Source: the human T2T-CHM13v2.0 reference genome, Homo sapiens. From it: a stretch of DNA of 64,000 nucleotides. The notes beneath the pieces are model-generated. The model was not told where the DNA came from, made no database searches, and saw nothing but the letters and a program-made list of their open reading frames with translations. Shown here piece by piece: positions 41,943 through 53,514 of this stretch (positions are counted from its first letter, which is position 1; each line of letters starts with the position of its first letter). Where the stretch lies: NCBI RefSeq assembly GCF_009914755.1, contig NC_060937.1. One strand, written 5' to 3'. Made by a program: the position numbers and the translations under genes.

Positions 41943-42374
41943 ATAAATGCAGTATTTGAAACACTGGTTGCTAATATGAGACAACATTTAACTACAAAAA
42001 GATGAGGCCAAGTCATTTCTAAAATAAAGTTCTGCTCACCACCACTTAACAAATGTTAAGGGCTTAGAATACTCATGTTTAATTTATTCTCCAGTTATAA
42101 TTATTTAGGTTGTTTGTAGAACACACTTTAAGTATACTGTTTTAGAGCCACAGAAGTTTGCTTTGTTATAATCTGGTATGATTAATTGACCAGAAGATGT
42201 GTTATAATAATTTTGTACAAATTGTTATGATAGTCTAAAAAGTATGAAGAAAACAAATGCCAGAATAAGAGAATTCTGATTTCAGCCTTTGCCCTTCTTT
42301 TTCTGCTGTTAGATGAGCTGCTATGGGAAAATTTAAAAAGGAGATATCTATAAACCTATCATCTCTCTTTACTT

Positions 42375-42475
42375 TATTTTTATTTATCTACTTAATAAGC
42401 CTTTATTGAGATGCTTCTACCTACCATGCACTCTGTGTGGTGCCGGGGATATAAATTAGTAAACAAAATCAGAAA
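42375..42475 (-). mobile_element. L2 3' end relic
   Basis: ctttattgagatgcttctac...gcactctgtgtggtgccggggatata. Confidence 0.6.
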
Positions 42476-42820
42476 GCTTTCATTTCCATTTAAATATAAT
42501 GAGAAAGACAAGTTTTAATTTTGTATGTAAAGGTCTGATAACTATATGTGTTTAATTATTTAATGCATGATTATTGCATGTCTGAGGTTTTATTTTTACA
42601 TGGAGTTAGGAGTTTCAAAGTTATTCCTCCCTAGGCTGATGTCTTAACTTATAATTTTGCCTCTCCTCACAATTCTCTCAATTAACTATAGACAAATCTT
42701 ATGAGTTTTGTTGTTGTTGTTGTTTTGTTTTTATTTTTTTTCTCAGAGAAGGATGAAGAACTGAATTGGAGGATTATAGGGAGAAAGTAGAATAAGAGAT
42801 TTTCTTTGTCTCAGTGAGTA

Positions 42821-43006
42821 ACAATAATAAATGTTACTGACATTTGTTAATCACTTAGCATATGTCAGGCACAGAGCTAAATGCCACACATACATCATGA
42901 AAGACACACAGGTTAATAACCACCCAGTGTCTCATAGAAAGGAAGAGGACATTTGGGATCTGAACTTTGGAAATTAACTTCAGGCTCTCAGTTCTTCAAA
43001 ACTCTG
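42821..43006 (-). mobile_element. MIR relic
   Basis: aataaatgttactgacatttgttaatcacttagcatatgtcaggcacagagctaaatgc. Confidence 0.6.
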
Positions 43007-43833
43007 CAAGACTGAAAGAGGTAAATTAACCAATAAACAACCATGTCCCTGACAGCAAGGTTTTCTTTTTCTAAATTTATCAGTTGCTAATGACCAGTAG
43101 TTAGTTTAGTAATATTAAAATAAAAGTAAAAACACTAGAAAAATAAACTTTAAAAGATGTAAAGTAGAAATCTACCTTTTTATTATTATATTTAACAGAA
43201 ATACTTTATCAAAAAACTAAAAATTGAATCATAATTTATCTTCATTTTTCAAATTGATAATAAATTTTTAAAATATCTTGTCAAGGACTTGCAACAATAA
43301 TTTGCAAATTAGCACCACTCTAGAAACCCATCTTTGAGTTACACTGCCCTATATCCATCCCATGTCATAGGTATTTATATTTGTGTGTGACATATATATA
43401 TATTTCTTCATTGGAGATTAGCTGAGAATCAAGAAAAATATATGCAAGCTTGTATGAATCTTAGGATAAAAGACATCCATATGTGGAAATTTTACTAATT
43501 ATAGGCATTTTCTAAAATGATTTTTGAAATCTCACTTAGCCCTACATAAAGATAATTTGGAAAAATCAATAAACACTAAGCTAGGAAAATGAGAAAGGAG
43601 TTTCTTAGCATAGTTTTCTCCCCCCAATTCCTAAATGCACCTGTACTTGAGATAGTTATGAGTGAAGAAACTCACTTCTCTAACGAGACACTGAATGGAT
43701 ACCCCAAATGAAAAGCCTAGTTCAGAGAAAACACCACTGTGCATTGTTTAGCCTATTATTTTTACTTTCTGGAGATATACGTGTATTTGGTTTCAGCAAG
43801 TGTGAACAAGCTCTAACAATAAATTTATAATAC

Positions 43834-43928
43834 CTTGTGGAACTGTCTTTGTAGCCCATGAGCTTCAGAATGTCATCTACGTAGTCTTGCTGGTAATCTT
43901 CATATGGGTAGTCTTTCTCACAAAACAG
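43834..43928 (-). other. Candidate 95-nt exon (unverified)
   Basis: Minus strand: ctgac branch-like motif, gttgtcatgtccccacag acceptor, AAG|gtatta donor; one open frame LFCEKDYPYEDYQQDYVDDILKLMGYKDSST; no repeat recognised here. Confidence 0.3.
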
Positions 43929-44597
43929 CTGTGGGGACATGACAACATTGTTTTTGCTGTCAGTCATCAAACATAATTTTCAAGTCTGTTTTGTGTCTAT
44001 CTGGGTATTAGAATTTTTGAAATTTTATTGTGATCTTGGGGAATGCATGTCCTAGAAGACTTGTGTGGAACACATTTTGTAATTATTACATATAAGTAGG
44101 TATGTGAATGCAACAGAACAATTTAAAAGAATCAAGGATTTTTCCAGATTGCCATTTTATATTACAGTTTAGTAGAAGAGAAGATTTTCAGGTTGTCCTT
44201 GAAAAAAATAATTCTGATTTTATCAATTCATAATTTGTAGACAGAAGCACACTGAAGATGATATAGTTTCTTTTAAAACTGATGAAACGATAGGTAATTT
44301 TGATTTAAAAATAAGTTAATTTATATAAGACGAGATTTAGAAGGGAACTTCCTAAATAGAATATAAGAAATGACTGTATTAAATTACTAGCATAAAAAGT
44401 GTGAAATAAAACTTTTAAAGTGTTTCCAAAGGTAGTATTTTAATAGTATTTTATGCAATCTATATTTTATCTAAGTATAATTTAATCCCAAATGATATAT
44501 GGTGAACATTGAGAATACTCCTGATAGTGCTTTGAGGAAAACAATGTAAGAATAACAACATGAAGCAACTGAGTAATGTAAAAAATTGTGATGACAT

Positions 44598-45785
44598 TTT
44601 TAAAAATAATTAATTGAATTTATTTTTAAACAGTTTTAAGCTAACAGAAAAATTGAGCCACAAGTAGAGTTCCTGTATATTCTTTCTTCTCACCTCCCAG
44701 TTTCCCCTATTATCAGCATAATCCATTGTGTGATTGATGAACCAATATTGATATGTAATTAACTAAAAGCCCCAGTTTAAATTAGGGTTCGTTCCTTCTG
44801 TTGTACACTTCTATGTGTTTTCACAAATGCATAACATCATGTATCCAACATTATGGTATAAAACAGAATTGTTTCACTGCCCTAAAATTTTCCTGTACTC
44901 CCCGACTCCCACCACCATACATCCCTGGTCTTCACATATCCTCCCACATTTTTGGCAACCAGTGATTTTTCTACTGTTTCAATAGTTTTGCCTTTTCTAG
45001 AGTTTTATATAATTGGACTTGACCAACAGAGACCTCTCAGTTAACTAAACCTTAGACAGATTTTTTCCTTACTATGAGCCCCTTGACTTTCTTTTTGTTA
45101 GCGCATTTACTTTAGAAACCTGGTAATTGTAAATTGTCTCTCTGTCCTTTTGAGTAGATTTAAATCTTCTTCCAGCCTCAGTTTAACAATCCAGGAAATG
45201 TCTTTATTGAGAACCTGAGAATCATCCCTTTCAAATATAAACATGGAAGAGGATTGCACCTCTATCTCTCAGTCTCTTTGGGAGGGTAAGGGGCCTACCG
45301 ATTAGCAAACACAGTTGGGCCTAATCACAGCAAAAATCCTTTGCAAACTCAAGTATAACTCAATGTGCTGAAGACATCTCTTTGATCAACCTCCTTGCTA
45401 TTGTCTTCCAATACTTTTCCATCAGACCACCCCTTTGTTTACAAATCCTTTTGACTTTTGTTTTAGCAGAGTTGAATTCAGTCTCTCTACTCTGTTGAAA
45501 TCATTGTGAATAGAGTCTTTTTTGCCTATTACCTTTGTCCCTTGCAATTGTTATATTGACAGAATCATATAATGTGGTCTTTTAGACTTGCTTCTTTTAC
45601 TTTGCAGTATACATTTATAGTTTCTTCATGTCTTTTCATGACTCAATCACTTTTTTTCACAGAATAATATGTCTTTATTTAAATGTATCATGTTGGTTCA
45701 TCTGTTCAACTATTGAAGGGCATTTTAGTTGCTTTTAATTTTTGTCAATTAAGAACAAAACTGTCATAATTATTAACATGCAGGT
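44598..45785 (-). mobile_element. L1MC1/2-like 3' part, split by the LTR at 45020-45561
   Basis: cagttttaagctaacagaaaaattgagc, gatgaaccaatattgat, ttgtacacttctatg, tttcactgccctaaaa; resumes gaatcatat...tattgaagggcat. Confidence 0.85.
45020..45561 (+). mobile_element. MER67-like ERV1 solo LTR
   Basis: tgacc...gaca termini; gcatttactttagaaa, ctatctctcagtctctttgggagggtaagg, attagcaaacacag...cctaatcaca. Confidence 0.75.
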
Positions 45786-46347
45786 AGTAGCTGGTTATTT
45801 CTCTTCCCCAGGTTGACTAGGCTCTGGTAAAACTCAAGTCAGTTAGGTTCTGGTAACATAATTTCCCTTTAGGGAAGACCTTTATTGAGGAGAACATAGT
45901 GCTCTGGGCTTACTAGAAAATGTTACTTCTTTACTCCCTCTATTGGAATTGCAAAGAGATTTTTTTCCCCGATCTTCACCTTAAGAACTCAGTGAGAATC
46001 CTGCTGGTAAAACTCACAAAAGTGTGGGGATCTCTATAATGTTGAGCACCCTGGAAGTTTTTATTTCTCAAGGTGGGCCATACATGTCTCTAAAAATTAT
46101 TCACTTAACCTTTTACATGTACCTACCAGTTGCCTGCTCCAGCAACAGCTTGTGGTCTTTGTGAGCTGTGGTTCTCTATATGTATCTGTTTGTATAGTTT
46201 TGAGAGCAGTAGTTAGTCCTGTGGCCTCAATTCTCAATAGTTCTAAAATGAGTTGATTTTTTAGTTTATTCAGCATTTTGTTTCTTGTGATGGGGACACA
46301 ACTGATGACTTCCAAGTTTGTTACATGTCTGACTAGAAACAGGAAGT
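45786..46347 (-). mobile_element. L1MC-type 5'UTR (L1MCa-like 5' end)
   Basis: ggctctggtaaaac, aaaactcacaaaagtgtgggg, agttgattttttagtttattcagc, tgacttccaag...gaaacaggaagt (L1 5' terminus). Confidence 0.7.
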
Positions 46348-46530
46348 TAGCTGACATCAAAATAAAAATGAAAGTATTACAAATTACTTTAAAATCGTCC
46401 TGTATCCTTAGTAAACACTAAAAAGTGAATGAAATCAGTTAATATTGCAGAATGTTATTGTAAATGTTTAGTCAAGTTTTTCTTAAGAATACCTGAATGA
46501 ACAAGAGGTATATCTAAATTGAAAATAACA

Positions 46531-49252
46531 TGTATTAGTCTATTCTCAAACTGCATGAATAAATACCCAAGACTAGGTAATTTATACAGAAAAGAGGTTT
46601 AATTGACTCACAGTTCCACATGGCTGGGGAGCCCTCAGGAAACTTACAATTATAGCAGAAGGGGAATCAAACATGTCCTTCCTCACATGGCAGCAGCAAG
46701 GAGAAGTGCTGAGGAAAAGGGGGAAAAGCCCCTTCTAAAACCATTAGATCTCATGAGAAGTCACTGAGTATCATGAGAACAGCATGGGGGAAATTGCCTC
46801 CACAGTCCAGTCACTTGCCACCAGATCCCTCCCACGACATGTGGAGATTATGGGAACTAAAATGCAAGATGAGATTTGGGTGGGTGCATGGCCAAACCAT
46901 GTAATTCCACCCGTGGCCCCTCCCAAATCTCATATCCAAACATTTCAAAACAAAATCATGCATTCCCAACAGTCCTCCAAAGTCCTAACTCATTTCAACA
47001 TTAAGTCAGAAGTCCAAGTCCAAAGTCTTATCTGAGACAAGGCAAGTCCCTTCCATCCAGGAGCCTGTAAATCAAAAGGAAATTAGTTATTTCTTAGATA
47101 CAATGGGGGTACAGGCATTAGATAAATACATTGTATTAGTTCATTCTCATGCTGCTAGTAAAGGCATGCCAGAGATGGTAATTTATAAAGGAAAGACGTT
47201 TAATTGACTCACAGTTCAGCATGGCTGGAAGAGCTTCAGGAAACTTACAATCATGGTGGAAGGGGAAGCAAACCAGTCCTTCACATGGCAGCAGAAAGGA
47301 GGAGAAATGAGCAAAGCAGGAAGCCCCTTATGAAACCAAAAGATTTTCTGAGAACTTACTCACTGTAACAAGAATAGCATTGGGGAACTGTCCCCATTAT
47401 TCATTTACATCCCACCAGATCCCTCCCACAACATGTGGGGATAATGGAAACTACAATTCCAGATTAGATTTGGGTGGAGAAAAAGCCAATCCCATATCAT
47501 ACACCCATTCCAAATGGGAGAAATTTGAAAAACAAAGGGGCTGCAGGCCCCATGCAAGTACGAAATCCAATAGGGCAGTCATTAAACCTTAAAGTTCCAA
47601 AATAATCTCCTTTGACTTCATGTCCCACATCCAGGTCATGCTGATGCAAGAGGTGAGCTCCCACAGCCTTGAGAAGCTCCACCCCTACATTTTGCAGGGT
47701 ACAGCCCCACTCCTAGCTGTTTCCATGAGCTGGCATTCAATGTCTGTGGCTCTTCCATGTGCACAGTACAAACTGTCAGTGGATCTACCATTCTGGGGTC
47801 TGTAGCATGGTAGTCTTCTCCTCAAAGCTCCACTAAGCAGTGTCCCAAAGGGGACTCTGTGTGGGTGCTCCAACCCCATATTCCCCTTCTGTACTGCCCT
47901 AGCAGAGGTTCTCCATGAGGTCTCTACCCCTGCAGCAGACTTCTGCCTGGACATCCAGGCATTTCCATACATCCTCTGAAATCTAGGCAGAGGTTTCCAA
48001 ACCTCAGTTCTTGACTTCTGTGCACCTGCAGGCCCAACACCAGGTGTAAGCCACCAAGGCTAGGGGCCTGCACCTTCTGAAGCAATGGCCCAAGCTGGAC
48101 TTTGGCCCATTTTAGCCACAGCTGAAGCTGAAGCTGAAGCAGCTGGGATGCAGGGCACCACATCCTGAGGTTGCACAGAGTACGGTTCCCTGTCCCTGTC
48201 CTTGTCCCACCATTTTCCCCTCCTAGGCCTCTAGGCCTGTGATGGGAGGGGTTGCTGTGAAGGTCTCTGACATGCCCTGTAGACATTTGGCCCATTGTCT
48301 TGGTGATTAACATTTGGCTCCTCGTTATTTATGCACATTTCTGCAGCGGGGTTAAATTTTTCTCCAGAAAATATGGCTCTCTTTTCTATTGCATTGTGAG
48401 GCTGCAAATTTTTCAAACATTTGTCCTCTTGATTCCTCTTGAATGCTTTGCAGCTTAGAAATTTCTTTTGCCAGATACCCTAAATCATCCCTATCAAGTT
48501 CAAAGTTCCACAGATCTCTAGGGCAGTGGCAAAATGTGGCCAGTCTCTTTGCTAACGTATACCAAGAGTTACCTTTACTCCAGCTCCCAACAGTTTCCTC
48601 ATCTCCATCCGAGACCACCTCCACCTGGATTTAATTGTCCATATCACTATCAGCAGTTTGGTCAAAGCCATTCAACGAGTCTCTAGGAAGTTTCAAACTT
48701 TCCCACGTCTTCCTCTCTTCTTCTGAGTCCTCCAAATCTCTAGGGAGTTTCAAACTTTCCTACGTTTTCCTGTCTTCTGAGCCCTCCAAGCTGTTCCAAC
48801 CTCTGCCTGTTACTTCCAAAGTTGCTTCCACATTTTCAGGTCTTTACATCAGCTCCCCACCACCTTGGTACCAGTTTTCTGTATTAGTCCCTTCTCAGCT
48901 GCTATGAAGAAATATCTAAGACTGGGTAATTTGTAAAGAAAAAAAAGTTTAATTGCCTTATAGTTCCATGTAACTAGGGAGGCCTCAGGAAACTTACAAT
49001 CATGGTGGAAGGGGAAGCAAACACATTTTTCTTCACAAGGCAGCAGGAAAGAGAAATGCCAGCAGCAGGGAAAATGCCAGATGCTGATAAAACCATCAGA
49101 TCTCGTGAGAACTCACAATCACAAGAACAACATGGGGCAAACCTCCCCAATGATCCAATCACTTTCCACCATGTCCCTCCCACAACATGTGTGGATTATG
49201 GAAACTACAATACAAGATGAGATTTGAGTGGGGGCACAGCCAAACCTTATAA
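46531..49252 (-). mobile_element. THE1 MaLR provirus (LTR 46531-46904, internal 46905-48879, LTR 48880-49252) with nested solo LTR
   Basis: LTRs run tgtattagtc...ccaaacc; THE1-int motifs (ggcccctcccaaatctcat, gcagaggttctccatgagg, gacatccaggcatttccatacatcctctgaaatctaggc). Confidence 0.95.
47132..47499 (-). mobile_element. THE1C-like solo LTR nested in THE1 internal sequence
   Basis: tgtattagt...ccatatca; 5-bp TSD tacat (47127-47131) / tacac (47500-47504); host internal sequence is contiguous across it. Confidence 0.92.
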
Positions 49253-50979
49253 TGCTTCCATGGAAAGGAGGATAACTTTTTGATATTTAAAAACAAGTAA
49301 CATGTTATGTGACCTTCAGGTAACTGAACATGAGTTTTTATTTTCTTATAAATATTTTAAAAAAATAATCTAGACTATAAATCCATGACAGTAGTCAAAG
49401 ATCTATTAGTTTCTGTGGGTGATATTTCTATATGCTGTCCTTTCAGAGAACAGCTTATCTATTTTGTTACTAAAATACTATATTTGAGGAATAACTACAA
49501 ACAGTTAAAATTCTTTTCTTTTCTCCCCAATTTTCAGGTCTACTTTTCTTCATTCTTCTTTGAGATAGTTTACTTGGCACTTTTACTATTTATAGACGAA
49601 GCTAAATATGGATGGATAAAATGTTAACACAGGAAAGCAAAACATTTGGAAGAAAAATAGATCAGATGTTTAAACTCATAGCTAAGGAAACTATATAAAG
49701 CCCTGAGGTTATGGACAAAGGAAAGAAAAAAAAACAAAAACATAAACAAAAGATAAAGCATGAGCATGATAGATAAATTAACTGTAATATTTTTAAACCC
49801 CCAATTTTTTCTTCTTCAGAGTTATCATAGTAAATATATTTATAACATTATTAGCCCTTGATTTCACCTATAATGTGACTCACAAACCTTTAATTCACAT
49901 TCATTTATGGTTTATTTGCCGCAGGGGAATAATGGCAAAAGATAATATTCACACAGACACACACTCTCAAATACACAATTACAGAAAGAAGTTTACATTC
50001 AAATATGTATTTTCCCATTCTGTGTATTTTTCTTTTTCATTTATTTGTTTTATGTTTGAACTTTTGTGAGGGGAGCAATTTTATTTATATTACTGCAGAA
50101 ATCGTTAATAAGCTTAGTGCTTAATACCTAAAACTGAACCTTATTTGTGTAGAAACTCTAGCAGCTGTAGATTAATCTTATACATCAAATAACACAAACT
50201 ACATTATACATCTCGTTCATAGACAAATAATGCAACATAAGCTTTAAATTAACACTTGAAATATATATATATTAGAAAAATATTTTTTCCAATTTTTCAA
50301 TCAAATAACATTACATTAACTGTAATATATGAATGCTTTAGGAGGTTTTCCAGTAACTGCTGTACAAACAGGCTATATTAGAAATTATTTTCATTCCCTC
50401 TAGTGAACCTCAAAGGACTAACCCTTTTTCTGCTTTATTCTGTTTTCTCTTGATTTAAATATCACCTCTATTGAGAAGAGAGTCACTAACCACTCTTTAC
50501 CATATTTTAAAAGAAAAGGCAATAATGATTTAGGGAAAGGAGCAGTAAAGGTACGTTATAAATTGAGATTGAATGTTTAATGGTTTGTAGTATAGGATAT
50601 TTCAAAACAGCTAATCAGCTCTTATTAAGAGTGAGTCCATTCTATAGTAAAGGAGATTTCCAACTTGGCTTGCTTACCTATGGCATCAGAATCTTGACTG
50701 CAAATCGTTACTTGAGTTCTGTGGATTTATATTTCCTTCCTTAACAATGCTTGGAGGGATTTCTTAACTTTTTACTTTGGCACTACCTTGACAAACCAAA
50801 CAAAACAAACCGAAAAAAAAACAACATAAAATATGTTGTTAACCAGAATGTTGAAATAACTTATGTAGTGATGTGTTGATGATATTTATAAACAGCAAGT
50901 AGAATAACTACATTTATAAAAACTTAAATTTTTAAAAAGCAGAGTACTCAGATTTACTTCCAGCATCTCTTTTAAGGCA

Positions 50980-51003
50980 TAGTAATTAGTTGCTGCTACA
51001 GCA

Positions 51004-51053
<50 letters not shown>

Positions 51054-51480
51054 ATTCGTGACTAAAAACAGTGGTCGTTTATTCCTTGAGGATTGATAGC
51101 ATGAATTGGGCTTGGCTCTACTGGATTTGATTGGGAACTTCTCCCAATCAAGGTCAGGTCCACATTTGGTTGGGCCTGACTGAGCTCCACATGTCTTCTC
51201 ATGTTATTATCATAGCAGAGGACCAGCACTTAAGAATGGATCTAGGTGGTGGTGCTGAGTCAAACCATGCAATGACATTTTAAATTATAGTGTAGACATG
51301 TAATACATTACATCAATTTGGAGGCCATTAGCTGAAGCAAATTATGTGGCTAGCTCAGAATCAGTGGGGTGGGGAAATATAGTCTTCTTGCAGACAGGCA
51401 TGGCAGTGATAGGTAGGAAATTAACACATGTGAACAGAGTGTGAACAAGTGCAAACAAGAATTAGTATAATCACATAATC
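50980..51480 (-). mobile_element. Old MLT1 (H/I/J-like) LTR
   Basis: ttgctgctacagcaattac, ctccacatgtcttctc, ccattagctgaagcaaattatgtggctagctcagaatcagtggggtggggaaatatagtc. Confidence 0.65.
51007..51048. repeat. (AC)21 microsatellite
   Basis: Direct count. Confidence 0.95.
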
Positions 51481-53145
51481 TGGTGTAAGACAGGTCTTGT
51501 TTAGATCTAATACATGGTATTATATTATGCAATATTTTTCTATTTCAGATTATTCTAGTTTGTGTAAAAATTGGGTTTTGCCTACTGATTTTGTCTACTA
51601 TTATTTTTTAAAACCCAACAGCAGAGCTCTTGGTGTCTCAACTGTAGGTCTGTTTTCTTTGATTGTACCTATAAAACACTTTCAATTATGTCCCTAATGT
51701 GTTTGGACGTGCACATGTGCAATGGTGCACACACAGACACAAACACATACACACAATTCTGAAGAATAAGATAGTTTAATCTTTTTAAAAATGACCTATA
51801 AAAATTTCTTTTGTCTCTGAACCAGGGAATGACTTTTCTAATTCTCTCTTAGTCCTAGTATGCTGATACTCTCTGTCCTCACTAAGTTGTACACAGCGCT
51901 GTTAAAAGTTCTATAACCTGAACGTCGTTTTTTTGAAGGATACCAAGCTGCTTTCTACTATGCATATGACAATAAGAAATTCATTCACTCTACAGGAGTT
52001 CTTGACTTTATTGTACTGCCTGTGGTGTAATATCAAATATTTTCTTTGACTTCAGGTTTTCTGATTAACCATGTAATGGTTATCTTTATTTGTACCAGAA
52101 GAGCCACCAGTTAAACCTAGATAGAATATTACAGATCCAGAGAACTAGCTTGTTAGTTAAATAAGAGCCAGGAAGATTAGTGGGCTGAAAAAAAGCATCC
52201 ACAGGAGAGGTCTATGACACTTGGGTAGGATAAATTGCTAAAAGACAGAACTTTGTGCAGTCAGGTAGAATGGGGGCTTAACCTGTTACAACATGCACAT
52301 TGAGGTTAATGTGACCTCATTAAGTTACACTGGATATATAGCCTAAGTATGTCACAGACTGCTGCATTTCAGTTATAGCAGATATACAAGGTAAAGGCCA
52401 GTATACTGATGTTAAAAGCCATACAGAGTTCTCATTATTTTTGTTCAAGCAATTGCTTATAAAATGTCTAGAGAAGACATGATAAAATTATGAGGACATC
52501 GGATTTGTGGGTTTCCTAGGGGCAAGCATCAATCTCATCCTAGGTAAGATGCATTCTAAGCACATTTATTATAATTGAATTGGGTAATCTTATCTGAAAC
52601 ATTAGAGCTCCTTTGAGCATTGCCATTTCACACACATAACTCTTTATATTTATCCCTTTCTGAATCTTTAGCTTATTTGCTTTGCTCATCTTATAGGAGT
52701 GGTCTAGTATATCTACCTGTCTATCAATGTAGCATGCATTCTCACATATGCTTATATGTACATGTAAATGTATGTATAGGATTGTCAGTTTTCATTAATG
52801 GCACACTGTATCATCATCCTTATTTGCATCTTGTTGTATATTGATACAGTCAGTAATTTACCAATTAAATAATCTTGGGATATTGAAAGAATTATTGAAA
52901 GGCATAAAGTTATGAATTTCAAGGATGAACTGCATTCTATTTCATCGGATAAATAGAAACAGTATTTCTCAATACATAGGTATATGTCTATGTACCCTTG
53001 CACATTCCATAATAGCTGGCATGGGGGTTGCCTGACCATTTTCAAATTAAAGATTTTTTAAATCTTTTTTAACAGAAGGATTTATTAAACTGTTAATAGG
53101 TGAGTATGATGCACATGGAAGACTTGAGTCTTTTGGTTACTATAA

Positions 53146-53492
<347 letters not shown>

Positions 53493-53514
53493 GATTCTAT
53501 CTCATTAAACCCTT

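Noticed and set aside
48678-48790. ~57-bp tandem duplication (tctctagg...tccaa) in THE1 internal sequence
   Set aside because: I recall the same duplication in other THE1-int copies, so it is probably inherited from the source element rather than locus-specific.
47380-48907. Cluster of overlapping ORFs up to 129 aa
   Set aside because: These are fragments of the decayed THE1 internal region, broken by stops and frameshifts; not a host gene.
51129-51181. Two short adjacent hairpins (gattggga...tcccaatc; gtcagg...cctgac)
   Set aside because: Stems of 8-10 bp inside an old MLT1 LTR are expected by chance.
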